64,000 nt of DNA from a virus (taxonomy: Duplodnaviria > Caudoviricetes), in IMG/VR virus record IMGVR_UViG_2513237360_000007, positions 10,637 through 74,636 of that record; one strand, written 5' to 3'. The notes beneath the pieces were generated by a model. It worked only from the letters and a program-made list of their open reading frames with translations, searched no databases and was not told the DNA's origin. Made by a program: the position numbers and the translations under genes. Shown piece by piece: positions 10,602 to 19,596 of the stretch; the stretch's first letter is position 1; every line of letters begins with the position of its first letter.

Positions 10602-10870
10602 ATTATATATAGTGTTTATAATAACATAGTATATATTATTATATATAAACTCTTTATATATATAGTTATATATAATAACTCTTTATATATATTATTATAT
10701 ATAATATATAAGGAATAAGGCGAAGCATAGCGCCGATCCGGCCAAAACCATTATAATATCCAGCATTTTCTGCATTTCATTTTCTTCGAGAGGATCTTCC
10801 ATCCCGCGTCCCTCTTTAGATCTTATACGCGATTCCCAATAAATGTAAATACCCACGGTACAAGGAGGTA

Positions 10871-10972
10871 ATGCTTATTTTTTGCAAAGAATGCCAGCTT
10901 AGAACAGCGCAGTATTCGTTTCAACAATCAGCAGTAAGCAACAGGAGGAATTACCAATACCCAAACATTTAA
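10871..10972 (+). CDS. Putative 33-aa leader peptide (MLIFCKECQLRT...) overlapping the RNAP start
   Basis: AGGAGG SD and ATG; CxxC motif; not in ORF track because it is short. Confidence 0.45.
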   Translation: MLIFCKECQLRTAQYSFQQSAVSNRRNYQYPNI

Positions 10973-13713
10973 TATCTCAACGGTATGTTTTTAAAATCCA
11001 TTCATCCCGGTTACGCCGGGCGAAATGGGATCTGCAGCTCTCGCTTGATCGTGCCAGAAAAAACAAAGAATTGATTGCTCTAAGCGAAAGCCAGATGATG
11101 CGGTTCATTGATGAGATCAACGGGATCACTAATCCCGAACTACACATATCATCAATACGCAGGGAGATAAAAAGGCTTAGGCGGGACAAGGATATTATAA
11201 GGTCCCGGCCAAAGGTTCAGCGGCTCTATGAAGAACTGGATCACTATCAGTTCAAAAAAGATTATGTGTGTGTCGTGATAGATAACGAAAAAGATTATTA
11301 TCACATATACAAGAGGGGATTCAAAATAAATGGCACAACATTCCGCAGGCTGCTGGGGACTACCGGCGGTATCAAGACAAACACTATCGTTTTTGTAAAC
11401 GAGCTGCTGCTGCCAGAATTAATGACAAGGATCAATAACGGGCGCGATCCTCGGAAGGAGTTTTCTCCAGCCAAACTTGAAGCATACATTGCATTAACAT
11501 GCAGCTCCTCCACTCCGGTTAGTATGCCGCGTGGCATTGTAGTTGTGCACGATTGTATTACACACTTCAAAGATGATGTGATCGAACTGGATGATACCGG
11601 AGTTGATCAACCAAAGATGCGGTTCCTCAAAAACCACGAGATTGAACTGAACAATAGCGATGGCTACGGGCTCGGGATGCCGTCCCTTATGGAACAATGG
11701 GGGATAGACATTGGAGAAGACTTTATCCTTCCTGCTTGTGTTATACGAAACTCATTCTGCAAAGGAGCTGTCGTATGTGTGGATTTTCAGCAATTCGCTT
11801 CAGACCATGGCCTGACAACCATACAAGATATCTGGGGGAACACGCATAGCATATTTGAAGTAGCACTTATCTTAACAGAATCAATGCTTAAGCTCTGGGA
11901 TTCCTACTCCTCCATTGACGATTATCTGGAAAACTGTAAAAAGAATCATTATACTTTTGCCATTACGAAGTCATCTGAGTCCGAACTTGAAAATATGAGA
12001 ACTATGAACTATCAGTTTTTACAAAGCTATGATTTTACAGACGAAGAAATTGACGAGTTGATTGCCCCTACAGTAAATGAGATACAGGACATCCTCTCCG
12101 GAGATTACAGGAAAACCATACTCTATGTAAAGGGCATCGGCCTGAATGATGATAATGTACAACACCTGGACACCTCTTTCGCAACTGCTCTGATGATTGA
12201 TAAGGAAATGCAGAAGGACCCGTTTGTACAAGATCAGATACGCGGGATGATCCGCAAGAGAATAGACAATGCAAAAGTTGGAGTCTTAAATGTTCCAGCA
12301 AACTATTCTATCATCTGCGGGGATCCGTACTCCCTTTGCCAATCCATGTTTGGCCTGGAAGTGACCGGGCTGCTCCAGAAGGGGCAGATCTATTCAAAAT
12401 ACTGGATTGATCATGGTATAAACAGAATAGCCAGCTTCCGGGCGCCTATGACATCACACAATAATATCAGACTCTTAGATGTTGTCCATAACAGCGAAAT
12501 GGATGAATTCTACCGTTATATTACCACTCCCACCATTTTTAATAGCTGGGACACCTGCGCCCAAGCCATGAATGGGTTCGACTTTGATGGTGATTGTGTG
12601 ATCAACACATCCCTGCCATTAATAGTAAATAACACGCACCAGCTGCCGGCCATATGTTGCGTGCAGCGAAAGGCTCCAAAATGTGTCCCCACTTCTGATG
12701 ATCTGATGGCATCCAATATCAAAAGCTTTGGAAATGCGGTTGGCCCCATTACCAATAAAATCACCTCAATGTATGATGTTAAAGCACGGTTTTCTCCCGG
12801 CAGCCGAGAATACAACATCATGGACTATAGGATAAAATGCGGTCAGCTTTATCAGCAGAACGCTATTGACAAAAGCAAGGGAATTGAAGCGCGTCCAATG
12901 CCCGCAAAGTGGTATAATTGGATTTCCAATAAGGTAACTCGTACTCAACCATCAAGAGAAAAGAAATATAATGTACTCAACCGTTATCTCCTGGCCGACA
13001 AAAAACCATATTTCATGAAATACATATACCCCTCATCAAAAGCGGAATATGAAAAATATCTTAAATCAAATAGTGATAAGTGCATACTAAGGTTCTCGCT
13101 TACGCTGGATGAGTTGATCAGCAAGCCCACCCATACGGCAGAGGAAGAACAATTTTTAAAGGCTTATTACATTGGCCTTCCTCTGGGTATGGCCCCCTGC
13201 ACATTAAACCGTATATGCTGGAAAATAGAAAGTATCTTTGACAAGTATTATTTACCGCTGAAGGATAATTTTGATTACTCGATCCTGAAATCAGATGTAG
13301 AATACACCCCTTATATGTTTGGGAAAATCAAAAGGATCTATGATGAGTATGTATCAGAACTGCGGGAATACAGTAAAGTATGTGCCAAAGAAAGGATTAA
13401 AGATTATGACAGCAAGACACTAAAATTCACTTTACAGGAAAACTTCAGAAGGCACTGCGTGGAAGCATGCCCAAATGCCGACATGCTATGCAATATCATC
13501 CTGGATATATGTTATACCAAAAATGGTTCTAAAAGATTCGCCTGGGACATGTGCGGTGAAACCATTATCCAGAATCTATTGAAACGAAACAACTATAAAA
13601 TAACATACCCTACGTATGATCAGAACGGAGACATTGAATTTGGAGGTAACACATATAGGATGACAACCACAGATATAAAAGTTGCTATAGATATTGAGGA
13701 TACCATTCATTGA
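10957..13713 (+). CDS. yonO: YonO-like single-subunit DNA-dependent RNA polymerase (two-barrel, RdRP-like)
   Basis: FRAP and catalytic GFDFDGD motifs; position upstream of head genes as in SPbeta; frame extends 38 codons upstream of the track start to an ATA codon 8 nt after AGGAGG (10943-48). Confidence 0.9.
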   Translation: MPKHLISQRYVFKIHSSRLRRAKWDLQLSLDRARKNKELIALSESQMMRFIDEINGITNPELHISSIRREIKRLRRDKDIIRSRPKVQRLYEELDHYQFKKDYVCVVIDNEKDYYHIYKRGFKINGTTFRRLLGTTGGIKTNTIVFVNELLLPELMTRINNGRDPRKEFSPAKLEAYIALTCSSSTPVSMPRGIVVVHDCITHFKDDVIELDDTGVDQPKMRFLKNHEIELNNSDGYGLGMPSLMEQWGIDIGEDFILPACVIRNSFCKGAVVCVDFQQFASDHGLTTIQDIWGNTHSIFEVALILTESMLKLWDSYSSIDDYLENCKKNHYTFAITKSSESELENMRTMNYQFLQSYDFTDEEIDELIAPTVNEIQDILSGDYRKTILYVKGIGLNDDNVQHLDTSFATALMIDKEMQKDPFVQDQIRGMIRKRIDNAKVGVLNVPANYSIICGDPYSLCQSMFGLEVTGLLQKGQIYSKYWIDHGINRIASFRAPMTSHNNIRLLDVVHNSEMDEFYRYITTPTIFNSWDTCAQAMNGFDFDGDCVINTSLPLIVNNTHQLPAICCVQRKAPKCVPTSDDLMASNIKSFGNAVGPITNKITSMYDVKARFSPGSREYNIMDYRIKCGQLYQQNAIDKSKGIEARPMPAKWYNWISNKVTRTQPSREKKYNVLNRYLLADKKPYFMKYIYPSSKAEYEKYLKSNSDKCILRFSLTLDELISKPTHTAEEEQFLKAYYIGLPLGMAPCTLNRICWKIESIFDKYYLPLKDNFDYSILKSDVEYTPYMFGKIKRIYDEYVSELREYSKVCAKERIKDYDSKTLKFTLQENFRRHCVEACPNADMLCNIILDICYTKNGSKRFAWDMCGETIIQNLLKRNNYKITYPTYDQNGDIEFGGNTYRMTTTDIKVAIDIEDTIH

Positions 13714-14480
13714 GTATAATCCTTAACGAAGTAAAGTATGCCGAACAAATTTTAAGTGGTGAAGAACCCGCAAATAAACCATATGCTACTCTCACGCTTC
13801 TTGGTAAGTACTATCGACAAAAGGTAGGTCTAAAACCAATGGAGACAATTACCGCTTTAAATGATTTCATGGTATCGCACTATGATGACTATAACCCAGA
13901 TTCTTGGGAAGAAGTTATTGAGAAAATAGCCAGGTCAAAGAAATACCTGATTCGTGAACTGGATCACATTGAGATCATGCAAACTGAATTGGACTGTATA
14001 GCTTTAATCGATGACTTGAATCTACAGAAAATCATGTTTACTATGCTATGTTACGCCAAATTTTACAATGCCATAAATCCCCGAAATAATAACTGGATTA
14101 ACACGGATATAGCTGAAATCTTTAAAAACGCAAGAGTTAATACGCGGTGCCGTAAAGATAAACTCCTGATTCTAAATAAGCTTTTAAATATGGCAAAATG
14201 TGATGGCGAACCATATATATCATTATCAAAGAAAAATACCAACACCAATGTGAAACTGAACTTTTTAGATATAAGCGGTAAGCCGGTGCTGCAGATATCT
14301 GACTTCAGAGAACTGGGGTATGCGTATCTGCAATACCTTGGTAAGGAGCAGTTCACCCACTGTGAGAAGTGCAGTCTATTAATCAAAAAAGGGAAAAGAC
14401 GACCCAAGTACTGTTCTAATTGCGCCAAAAATATAAACAGAGAAAAGACCCGGCAGAGGATGCAGAATCTAAGGGCTTGA
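13710..14480 (+). CDS. RNAP-adjacent protein with C-terminal zinc ribbon
   Basis: TTG start overlapping the RNAP stop; CEKC...CSNC motif. Confidence 0.75.
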   Translation: MSIILNEVKYAEQILSGEEPANKPYATLTLLGKYYRQKVGLKPMETITALNDFMVSHYDDYNPDSWEEVIEKIARSKKYLIRELDHIEIMQTELDCIALIDDLNLQKIMFTMLCYAKFYNAINPRNNNWINTDIAEIFKNARVNTRCRKDKLLILNKLLNMAKCDGEPYISLSKKNTNTNVKLNFLDISGKPVLQISDFRELGYAYLQYLGKEQFTHCEKCSLLIKKGKRRPKYCSNCAKNINREKTRQRMQNLRA

Positions 14481-14594
14481 AAATGTTTGATTTTATTTGG
14501 CCCCAAAATCCACGTTTTTATGATGGTTTTCGGGCACCTTGCAATTTTCGTTATTATGAAGAGATAAGAGAAAACACATTGAAGGAGAAATATT

Positions 14595-15224
14595 ATGGAG
14601 AAAATGCTGGTAACACAGGCGCTTAATGAATTGAAACTTTTAGATGGTCGTATAAACCGTGCAATTTCCAATGGAGAATATGTGGCTGCTGCAAGACTAA
14701 ACGAATCTAAAGTATCCAGTACCGTGACAAAAGAGGAGTTCATCTCAAATGCCAAGTCCTCGCTCCAATCAGTAAATGACCTGATTGAAAGGCGTAAAAA
14801 GATCAAGGCTGCCGTTGTAATTTCAAATGCCAACACTTTTGTTGACATTTCAGGAGTTTCAATGACTGTGGCAGACGCAATTGAACGTAAAGATAGTATT
14901 GAGTATGACGAAGAAATTCTGGGAACCCTAAAAAAACAACTAAGCAATGCAAGGGCTACTGTTGGTCAGAAAAATTTAAATATGGAGCTTCAGATTGACA
15001 AAATTGTAGAGTCCTCGTTTGGGAAAGACTCCAGGCAGAAAATCAATTCTGATGATTATGAGGCCATTGCTAAGCCGTATAGGACGAACAATGAGTATGG
15101 TTTGGTTGATCCACTAGGCATTGAGAAACTTATTGCTCAAATGGAGGAAGCCATCCAGGGATTTATCTCTAACGTGGATGCTGCTCTGCAGATAAGCAAC
15201 TGTACGACCTATATTGAATTTTAA
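14595..15224 (+). CDS. Helical coiled-coil protein (distantly DIP1984-like)
   Basis: GAAGGAG SD; heptad-rich; N-terminal QALNELKLLDGRI and C-terminal VDAALQISNCTTYIEF; family link tentative. Confidence 0.75.
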   Translation: MEKMLVTQALNELKLLDGRINRAISNGEYVAAARLNESKVSSTVTKEEFISNAKSSLQSVNDLIERRKKIKAAVVISNANTFVDISGVSMTVADAIERKDSIEYDEEILGTLKKQLSNARATVGQKNLNMELQIDKIVESSFGKDSRQKINSDDYEAIAKPYRTNNEYGLVDPLGIEKLIAQMEEAIQGFISNVDAALQISNCTTYIEF

Positions 15225-15245
15225 TACATGCAAGCCTTAATTTAA

Positions 15246-15607
15246 AAGAAAATAGTTTGGCATGGTTGTGCGAAAATTCCAAATTCACACACCTTCTCAA
15301 ATAGGAAAATTTGAATATTAAATCCAATACGAATACTGTTAATAGAAAACAGAATAATGGATATTAAAACATATTATCTAATTGAGCAAAGTATGCATTC
15401 TTTAATGCAAAAGATGCTGGCTTACTTTTTATAAAAATGCTTAATATTCAATCATCAATTCTAAATTCTTACATTTCAATCATCTTATGATTAATCATCA
15501 ATTATAAATCCTAAATCATCGATAAAATCCTATAAGATTGGTTAGCGCCGCTTGTGTGATTAGGCCGGAATGGTCCAATAGGCTGCCCAGCCATGCCAAA
15601 CTTTCTT
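15246..15607 (+). ncRNA. Putative ~360-nt structured RNA of unknown family
   Basis: Closing stem AGTTTGGCATGGTTG(15254-68)/CAGCCATGCCAAACT(15588-602); inner 11-bp stem 15311-21/15441-51; no ORF; abuts tRNA-Gly. Confidence 0.65.
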
Positions 15608-15617
15608 GAAATAAAAT

Positions 15618-15691
15618 GCGAATATTGAGTAATGGCTATCTCCCTTGCCTTCCAAGCAAGTATATTGCTGGTTCGAATCCGGTTATTCGCT
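15618..15691 (+). tRNA. tRNA-Gly(TCC)
   Basis: GCGAATA/TATTCGC acceptor, CTTGC-CTTCCAA-GCAAG anticodon arm, TTCGAAT T-loop. Confidence 0.85.
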
Positions 15692-15701
15692 TTTACTTAT
15701 A

Positions 15702-15773
15702 GCTGGCGGAAGGTCGGATATCTTACTAAGCCTCATAAGCTTGGTCAAACAGGTTCAACTCCTGTGCGTAGCA
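15702..15773 (+). tRNA. Degenerate tRNA-Met(CAT)-like element
   Basis: TAAGC-CTCATAA-GCTTG anticodon arm, ACAGG-TTCAACT-CCTGT T-arm; acceptor stem pairs poorly. Confidence 0.55.
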
Positions 15774-15802
15774 AGCAAGTCAAATTTCACTTGATCTATA
15801 GA

Positions 15803-15830
15803 GTCATCCCCAGCATGACGTACTTTTTTT
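15803..15830 (+). terminator. Rho-independent terminator-like hairpin
   Basis: GTCAT/ATGAC stem followed by a T7 run. Confidence 0.45.
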
Positions 15831-15877
15831 AATGATATGGGAAAATAATAATCAAACTATGAAAGGTAGGTAATAAT

Positions 15878-16045
15878 ATGGCAGTTGTTACAAACAAAAA
15901 TGCAGACCCAAGAACTGCGGAGCAGAGAGCTAACGATGCTGCTCAGAATGTCCGTCCCAAAGGTGCCCAGGATACAGCCTATGTAACCACCGGTCCCGCC
16001 ACTGGGGTAGAGGACGAACGCGCCAAAGATACAGAAACTCAGTAA
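15878..16045 (+). CDS. 55-aa hydrophilic peptide (MAVVTNKNADPRT...)
   Basis: GAAAGGTAGG SD, ATG, open frame to TAA. Confidence 0.6.
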   Translation: MAVVTNKNADPRTAEQRANDAAQNVRPKGAQDTAYVTTGPATGVEDERAKDTETQ

Positions 16046-16072
16046 TTTGGTCATGGCACCAAAGTGCCCTTT

Positions 16073-16145
16073 GCCGGAATAACTCATTTAGGTGAGCAGC
16101 CACAGAGTATGTGAAAGGCTGTTGGTTCGATCCCAACTTCCGGCT
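16073..16145 (+). tRNA. tRNA-like element with non-canonical anticodon arm
   Basis: Perfect GCCGGAA/TTCCGGC acceptor, D-loop GG, GTTGG-TTCGATC-CCAAC T-arm; anticodon stem disrupted, no U33. Confidence 0.55.
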
Positions 16146-16189
16146 TATTAAAATATACGCAGAAAGGATGTAATACTATAGGTTCTTGC

Positions 16190-17158
16190 ATGATTACATA
16201 TCAGGAAGTTAAGGATCTGGTCAAGTCAAAACTAATTGATAAGACAGATTCCCGCAGTTTTGAAGAATTAAGCGAGTATCTTTTTGGAGAGGGAAACTGC
16301 TTCTGTGAAAGTGAAGTCCGCAAAAGAATGTATGGCATGCAGAGACTTGTTGAAATAATAGAGGCCAGCACCAATGATATTAATATCTCCCGGCGTATTC
16401 TGTCCATTTCGGATGCACATATCCCATTTAACCTATCACCTGGCATATTCAAACAATACTCCGGGATGGTTGATATTCTAATCTTCAATGGAGATATTTT
16501 AGATTGTCAATCTATATCCAAGTTTCCTCGGTTATATAGAATCAGCCTCACAGAAGAAATGATCCGGGCCCGGAAGTATATGACAGATGTCATAAAAATG
16601 ATACAACCAAAAACCGTCTACATTAATGTTGGGAATCACGAAAAACGGCTTGGTAAATACCTATCAGAACGGTTGAATGACGACTTAATGCGCATTATGC
16701 CAGATAATCCTCTTGATTTGATAATCAACGATGGCTTCAAGGATAAGGACCGCGAGAATAAAACTGAAACATACTACTCTCCGTTAAAAGAGGTGTTTAA
16801 AGATTCCGGTATAGATATTATATACACCGGCGGATGGTATTGTATGGTTGGTAATACTATTTTCGCACATCCACTCTCTTACTCTTCCGGAATGTTAAAA
16901 ACCACAGAGAAGGCTACAGACTATTTTCTTCGGAAAAACAGAATCTTTACGTCTGTCGTATTGGGCCATACACATAAACTTGGAAGTTTCATTCAAGGTG
17001 GAATACAAATGTACGAGCAAGGTTGTACCTGCGATTTGTCCCGGCTTGATTATGCGGATGGGATGCTTACTCTGCCCAATCAAAATGGATTTATCTATAT
17101 TTGCCAAGATATAGATGGAAATATCATCAATGAAAAAACAAAAATAGTAAAAATATAA
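16190..17158 (+). CDS. Calcineurin-like metallophosphoesterase
   Basis: SDAH, GDILD, GNHE, GHTH motifs. Confidence 0.9.
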   Translation: MITYQEVKDLVKSKLIDKTDSRSFEELSEYLFGEGNCFCESEVRKRMYGMQRLVEIIEASTNDINISRRILSISDAHIPFNLSPGIFKQYSGMVDILIFNGDILDCQSISKFPRLYRISLTEEMIRARKYMTDVIKMIQPKTVYINVGNHEKRLGKYLSERLNDDLMRIMPDNPLDLIINDGFKDKDRENKTETYYSPLKEVFKDSGIDIIYTGGWYCMVGNTIFAHPLSYSSGMLKTTEKATDYFLRKNRIFTSVVLGHTHKLGSFIQGGIQMYEQGCTCDLSRLDYADGMLTLPNQNGFIYICQDIDGNIINEKTKIVKI

Positions 17159-17181
17159 ATTGGAGATTTAAGGAGATTAAT

Positions 17182-17460
17182 ATGTCAAAAAATGATTTAG
17201 CTAAAATATACGTTAACAATGGCTATGCCGGATCCATCACCGAAGCGGCAGAACAGATTGATAATTTTATCAATGTAATTGGGGAAGCTTTGAGTACTGG
17301 CAAAAAGGTTACCCTTCATGGATTTTTAAGTATGCAAGTAGTAGAAAAACCGGCTCAAAATTTTACTGACCCCATTACAAAAGAGAAAAAGATACTTGCT
17401 CCCAAGAAACGAATTAGGATTTCTCAAACTCCTGGGTTTAAGAATATTGCGGGTAGATAA
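17182..17460 (+). CDS. hup: HU-like histone-like DNA-binding protein
   Basis: MSKNDL...ALSTGKKVTLHGF...DPITKEKKILAPKK HU signature. Confidence 0.85.
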   Translation: MSKNDLAKIYVNNGYAGSITEAAEQIDNFINVIGEALSTGKKVTLHGFLSMQVVEKPAQNFTDPITKEKKILAPKKRIRISQTPGFKNIAGR

Positions 17461-17461
17461 T

Positions 17462-17860
17462 ATGCATGGTCTTATATTTAGAGATATATATGATTTCTCT
17501 GACTTTGTTCTAAATACTGTAAAAGTATCGGGACTTGATTTGAATATCATATGTAAATTTGAAATTGCTAATGCTCTTATTTCAAATCTAAGTCAGGATG
17601 ATAATACATCATTTGCTTCAATTGATTTGGAAAATGAGTTTATAGGCGGCTACGCCCAGGAATACTTGGTATGTCTTGATTCCAATTTAAATATCCGGGT
17701 ACAGAAAACCTATCTTGATAACAAGCTCTACAGCAGACAAAGAGATTTAGACCCGGAGATACCAACATTACTACATAAAAGCTGTAACTGTAATGCTGTA
17801 AATAGCATAAATGAGGACTATTTATTCATCTTCTCACTTTCAGATATTGATGACGAATAA
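17462..17860 (+). CDS. Hypothetical phage protein
   Basis: ATG right after the HU stop; EYLVCLD motif. Confidence 0.7.
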   Translation: MHGLIFRDIYDFSDFVLNTVKVSGLDLNIICKFEIANALISNLSQDDNTSFASIDLENEFIGGYAQEYLVCLDSNLNIRVQKTYLDNKLYSRQRDLDPEIPTLLHKSCNCNAVNSINEDYLFIFSLSDIDDE

Positions 17861-17888
17861 GTGGCTTTTAATTTAGAGGAGGAAACAT

Positions 17889-18146
17889 ATGGATTTTTTA
17901 CAAGAATATAGTGTTGTAGTAATTCTGGGGATTTGTTTATGTGTAGGATATATTGTTAAAAAATGGATTGCAGATTTAGACAATAAGTACATCCCGACCA
18001 TTGTCGCTATTTTAGGTGTACTGATCAACATCTGGATCAACGATGGAGCTTTTACTCCCCAAATTCTACTCCAAGGATTGTTTAGTGGCCTATCATCTAC
18101 CGGCACGCACCAGTTCTTTAAACAATATATAGAGAAAACTGAATAA
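17889..18146 (+). CDS. Phage holin
   Basis: Two to three TM helices, NKYIPTI and GLSSTGTHQFFKQ holin-type motifs. Confidence 0.8.
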   Translation: MDFLQEYSVVVILGICLCVGYIVKKWIADLDNKYIPTIVAILGVLINIWINDGAFTPQILLQGLFSGLSSTGTHQFFKQYIEKTE

Positions 18147-18273
18147 GGTTTATTTGAGGGCTGTCTAGCAGTAATAGTTGGATGGCTCTCTTATTGTAGG
18201 TACCTCTTGCTAAACATTGTAGATTTAATTCCTACCCGGCCCATTTTTATAAACTACTCAAGGAGGTGCCGTT

Positions 18274-19596
18274 TTGGTACAAAGCATGCAAAGAAATAAC
18301 GGCAATCCGAAGGGCATAACAAAGATTATGGACAGCCGAATTGCTGAAATTGCAAATGAAATCTCAGAATGGGACAATCGATATATTTTCAAACTGTTAC
18401 AAAAATTAGGCGTTGGAAGCCAATATTATACTTGCCAAAGATGTAATAGGGTGCTCCTACGCGGAGACTTTTATGTTTCAACAGAACCCGGCGTCAAATC
18501 ACAAATAACCAATATATGTAAGGCTTGTGCTAATGAAATAGCCATGCCCACTGTTAATGGAGTACAGCAGCCGCCCACAAAAAATACAGTAGATGCTGCC
18601 TTGAGAGCCTTGAATAAACCCATGTTGGAAAAGCTTTGGGAGTCTTCTCTCTATGAGGCGGCGAATACAGTGAGCGGAAAACCCAAGAAAAACGCCTGGA
18701 CCTCTTATATTAAAAACATCCAAATGGTGAACTATGGGACAATGACCTATGAACAATCAGATGGATATACAAGTGGAAATTATAGTGTTGAATCAATTAA
18801 GAAAAATGCAAAGAGTAGTGAATCCCAAGAAATTATTGAACAATTTGAAAAGAATAAGAAAGACACACTCAGGCTTTTGGGGTATCTTCCTTTTGAGCAA
18901 GAAAAATTATCTGATCAACCATTTTTATATGCTCAGCTCATAGGATTTTTGGATTCATCTCCCGAGGGCAATGATGACATGATGCGGACACAATCCATTA
19001 TTACTATTGTGCGTGGCTTTCTTCAGATATCGCAAATAGATGATATGGTTGCCCAAGCACTGCAAGACCCCAAAGGTGCGATCAAGAATGTCGCAAATAT
19101 AAAGGCTTATGAAGAAATAAGCAAAAACATCAGTATGAGAATTACAAAGTTAGCTGAACAAAGCTGCATCTCACTGAAAAATAGCAAAAATTCCAAAAAA
19201 GGAGAAAATACCTGGACCGGTAAAATTAAAAAGATTAAGGAAATCAGCCTTCGCGAAGGCGAGGTCAATGGTTTTGACATTGGAACCTGTCGTGGTATGC
19301 AACAGGTCTTGGATATGAGTAACGCTTCAATTCTCAAACAACTATCTCTAGACGAGTCTGAATGGTCTGATATCGTCAAGGAACAACGCGACAAACTTAC
19401 TACTACTCAAAAAGAAAAAGACATCTATCAAGAGATAGCTAGGGTATTACTAAGGGAGAACCTTGATTTGAAAGATACGCTAAAGTCTAAGGGGGTGTCC
19501 CTCAAAGACAATCTTGTTGATTTACCCTCTCTCTTCTCTCCGTTCTCAGAAATTTCTAACACAACCCCAGATCCAAATGAAGAAATAGGTGTATAG
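18274..19596 (+). CDS. Putative terminase small subunit (zinc finger N-terminus)
   Basis: CQRC...CKAC; immediately upstream of and overlapping the large terminase. Confidence 0.55.
   Translation: MVQSMQRNNGNPKGITKIMDSRIAEIANEISEWDNRYIFKLLQKLGVGSQYYTCQRCNRVLLRGDFYVSTEPGVKSQITNICKACANEIAMPTVNGVQQPPTKNTVDAALRALNKPMLEKLWESSLYEAANTVSGKPKKNAWTSYIKNIQMVNYGTMTYEQSDGYTSGNYSVESIKKNAKSSESQEIIEQFEKNKKDTLRLLGYLPFEQEKLSDQPFLYAQLIGFLDSSPEGNDDMMRTQSIITIVRGFLQISQIDDMVAQALQDPKGAIKNVANIKAYEEISKNISMRITKLAEQSCISLKNSKNSKKGENTWTGKIKKIKEISLREGEVNGFDIGTCRGMQQVLDMSNASILKQLSLDESEWSDIVKEQRDKLTTTQKEKDIYQEIARVLLRENLDLKDTLKSKGVSLKDNLVDLPSLFSPFSEISNTTPDPNEEIGV

Noticed and set aside
11071-13713. Reverse transcriptase, DGR or RNA-virus RdRP
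   Set aside because: DFDGD is the two-barrel polymerase motif; no YxDD motif and no TR/VR repeat pair seen
14063-14947. 294-aa minus-strand ORF and similar antisense ORFs (e.g. 7129-7461, 9168-9608, 54918-55628)
   Set aside because: Shadows of better-supported genes, with no SD or recognisable motifs
15450-15531. CRISPR array
   Set aside because: Repeats are 7 nt with irregular short spacers; no cas genes
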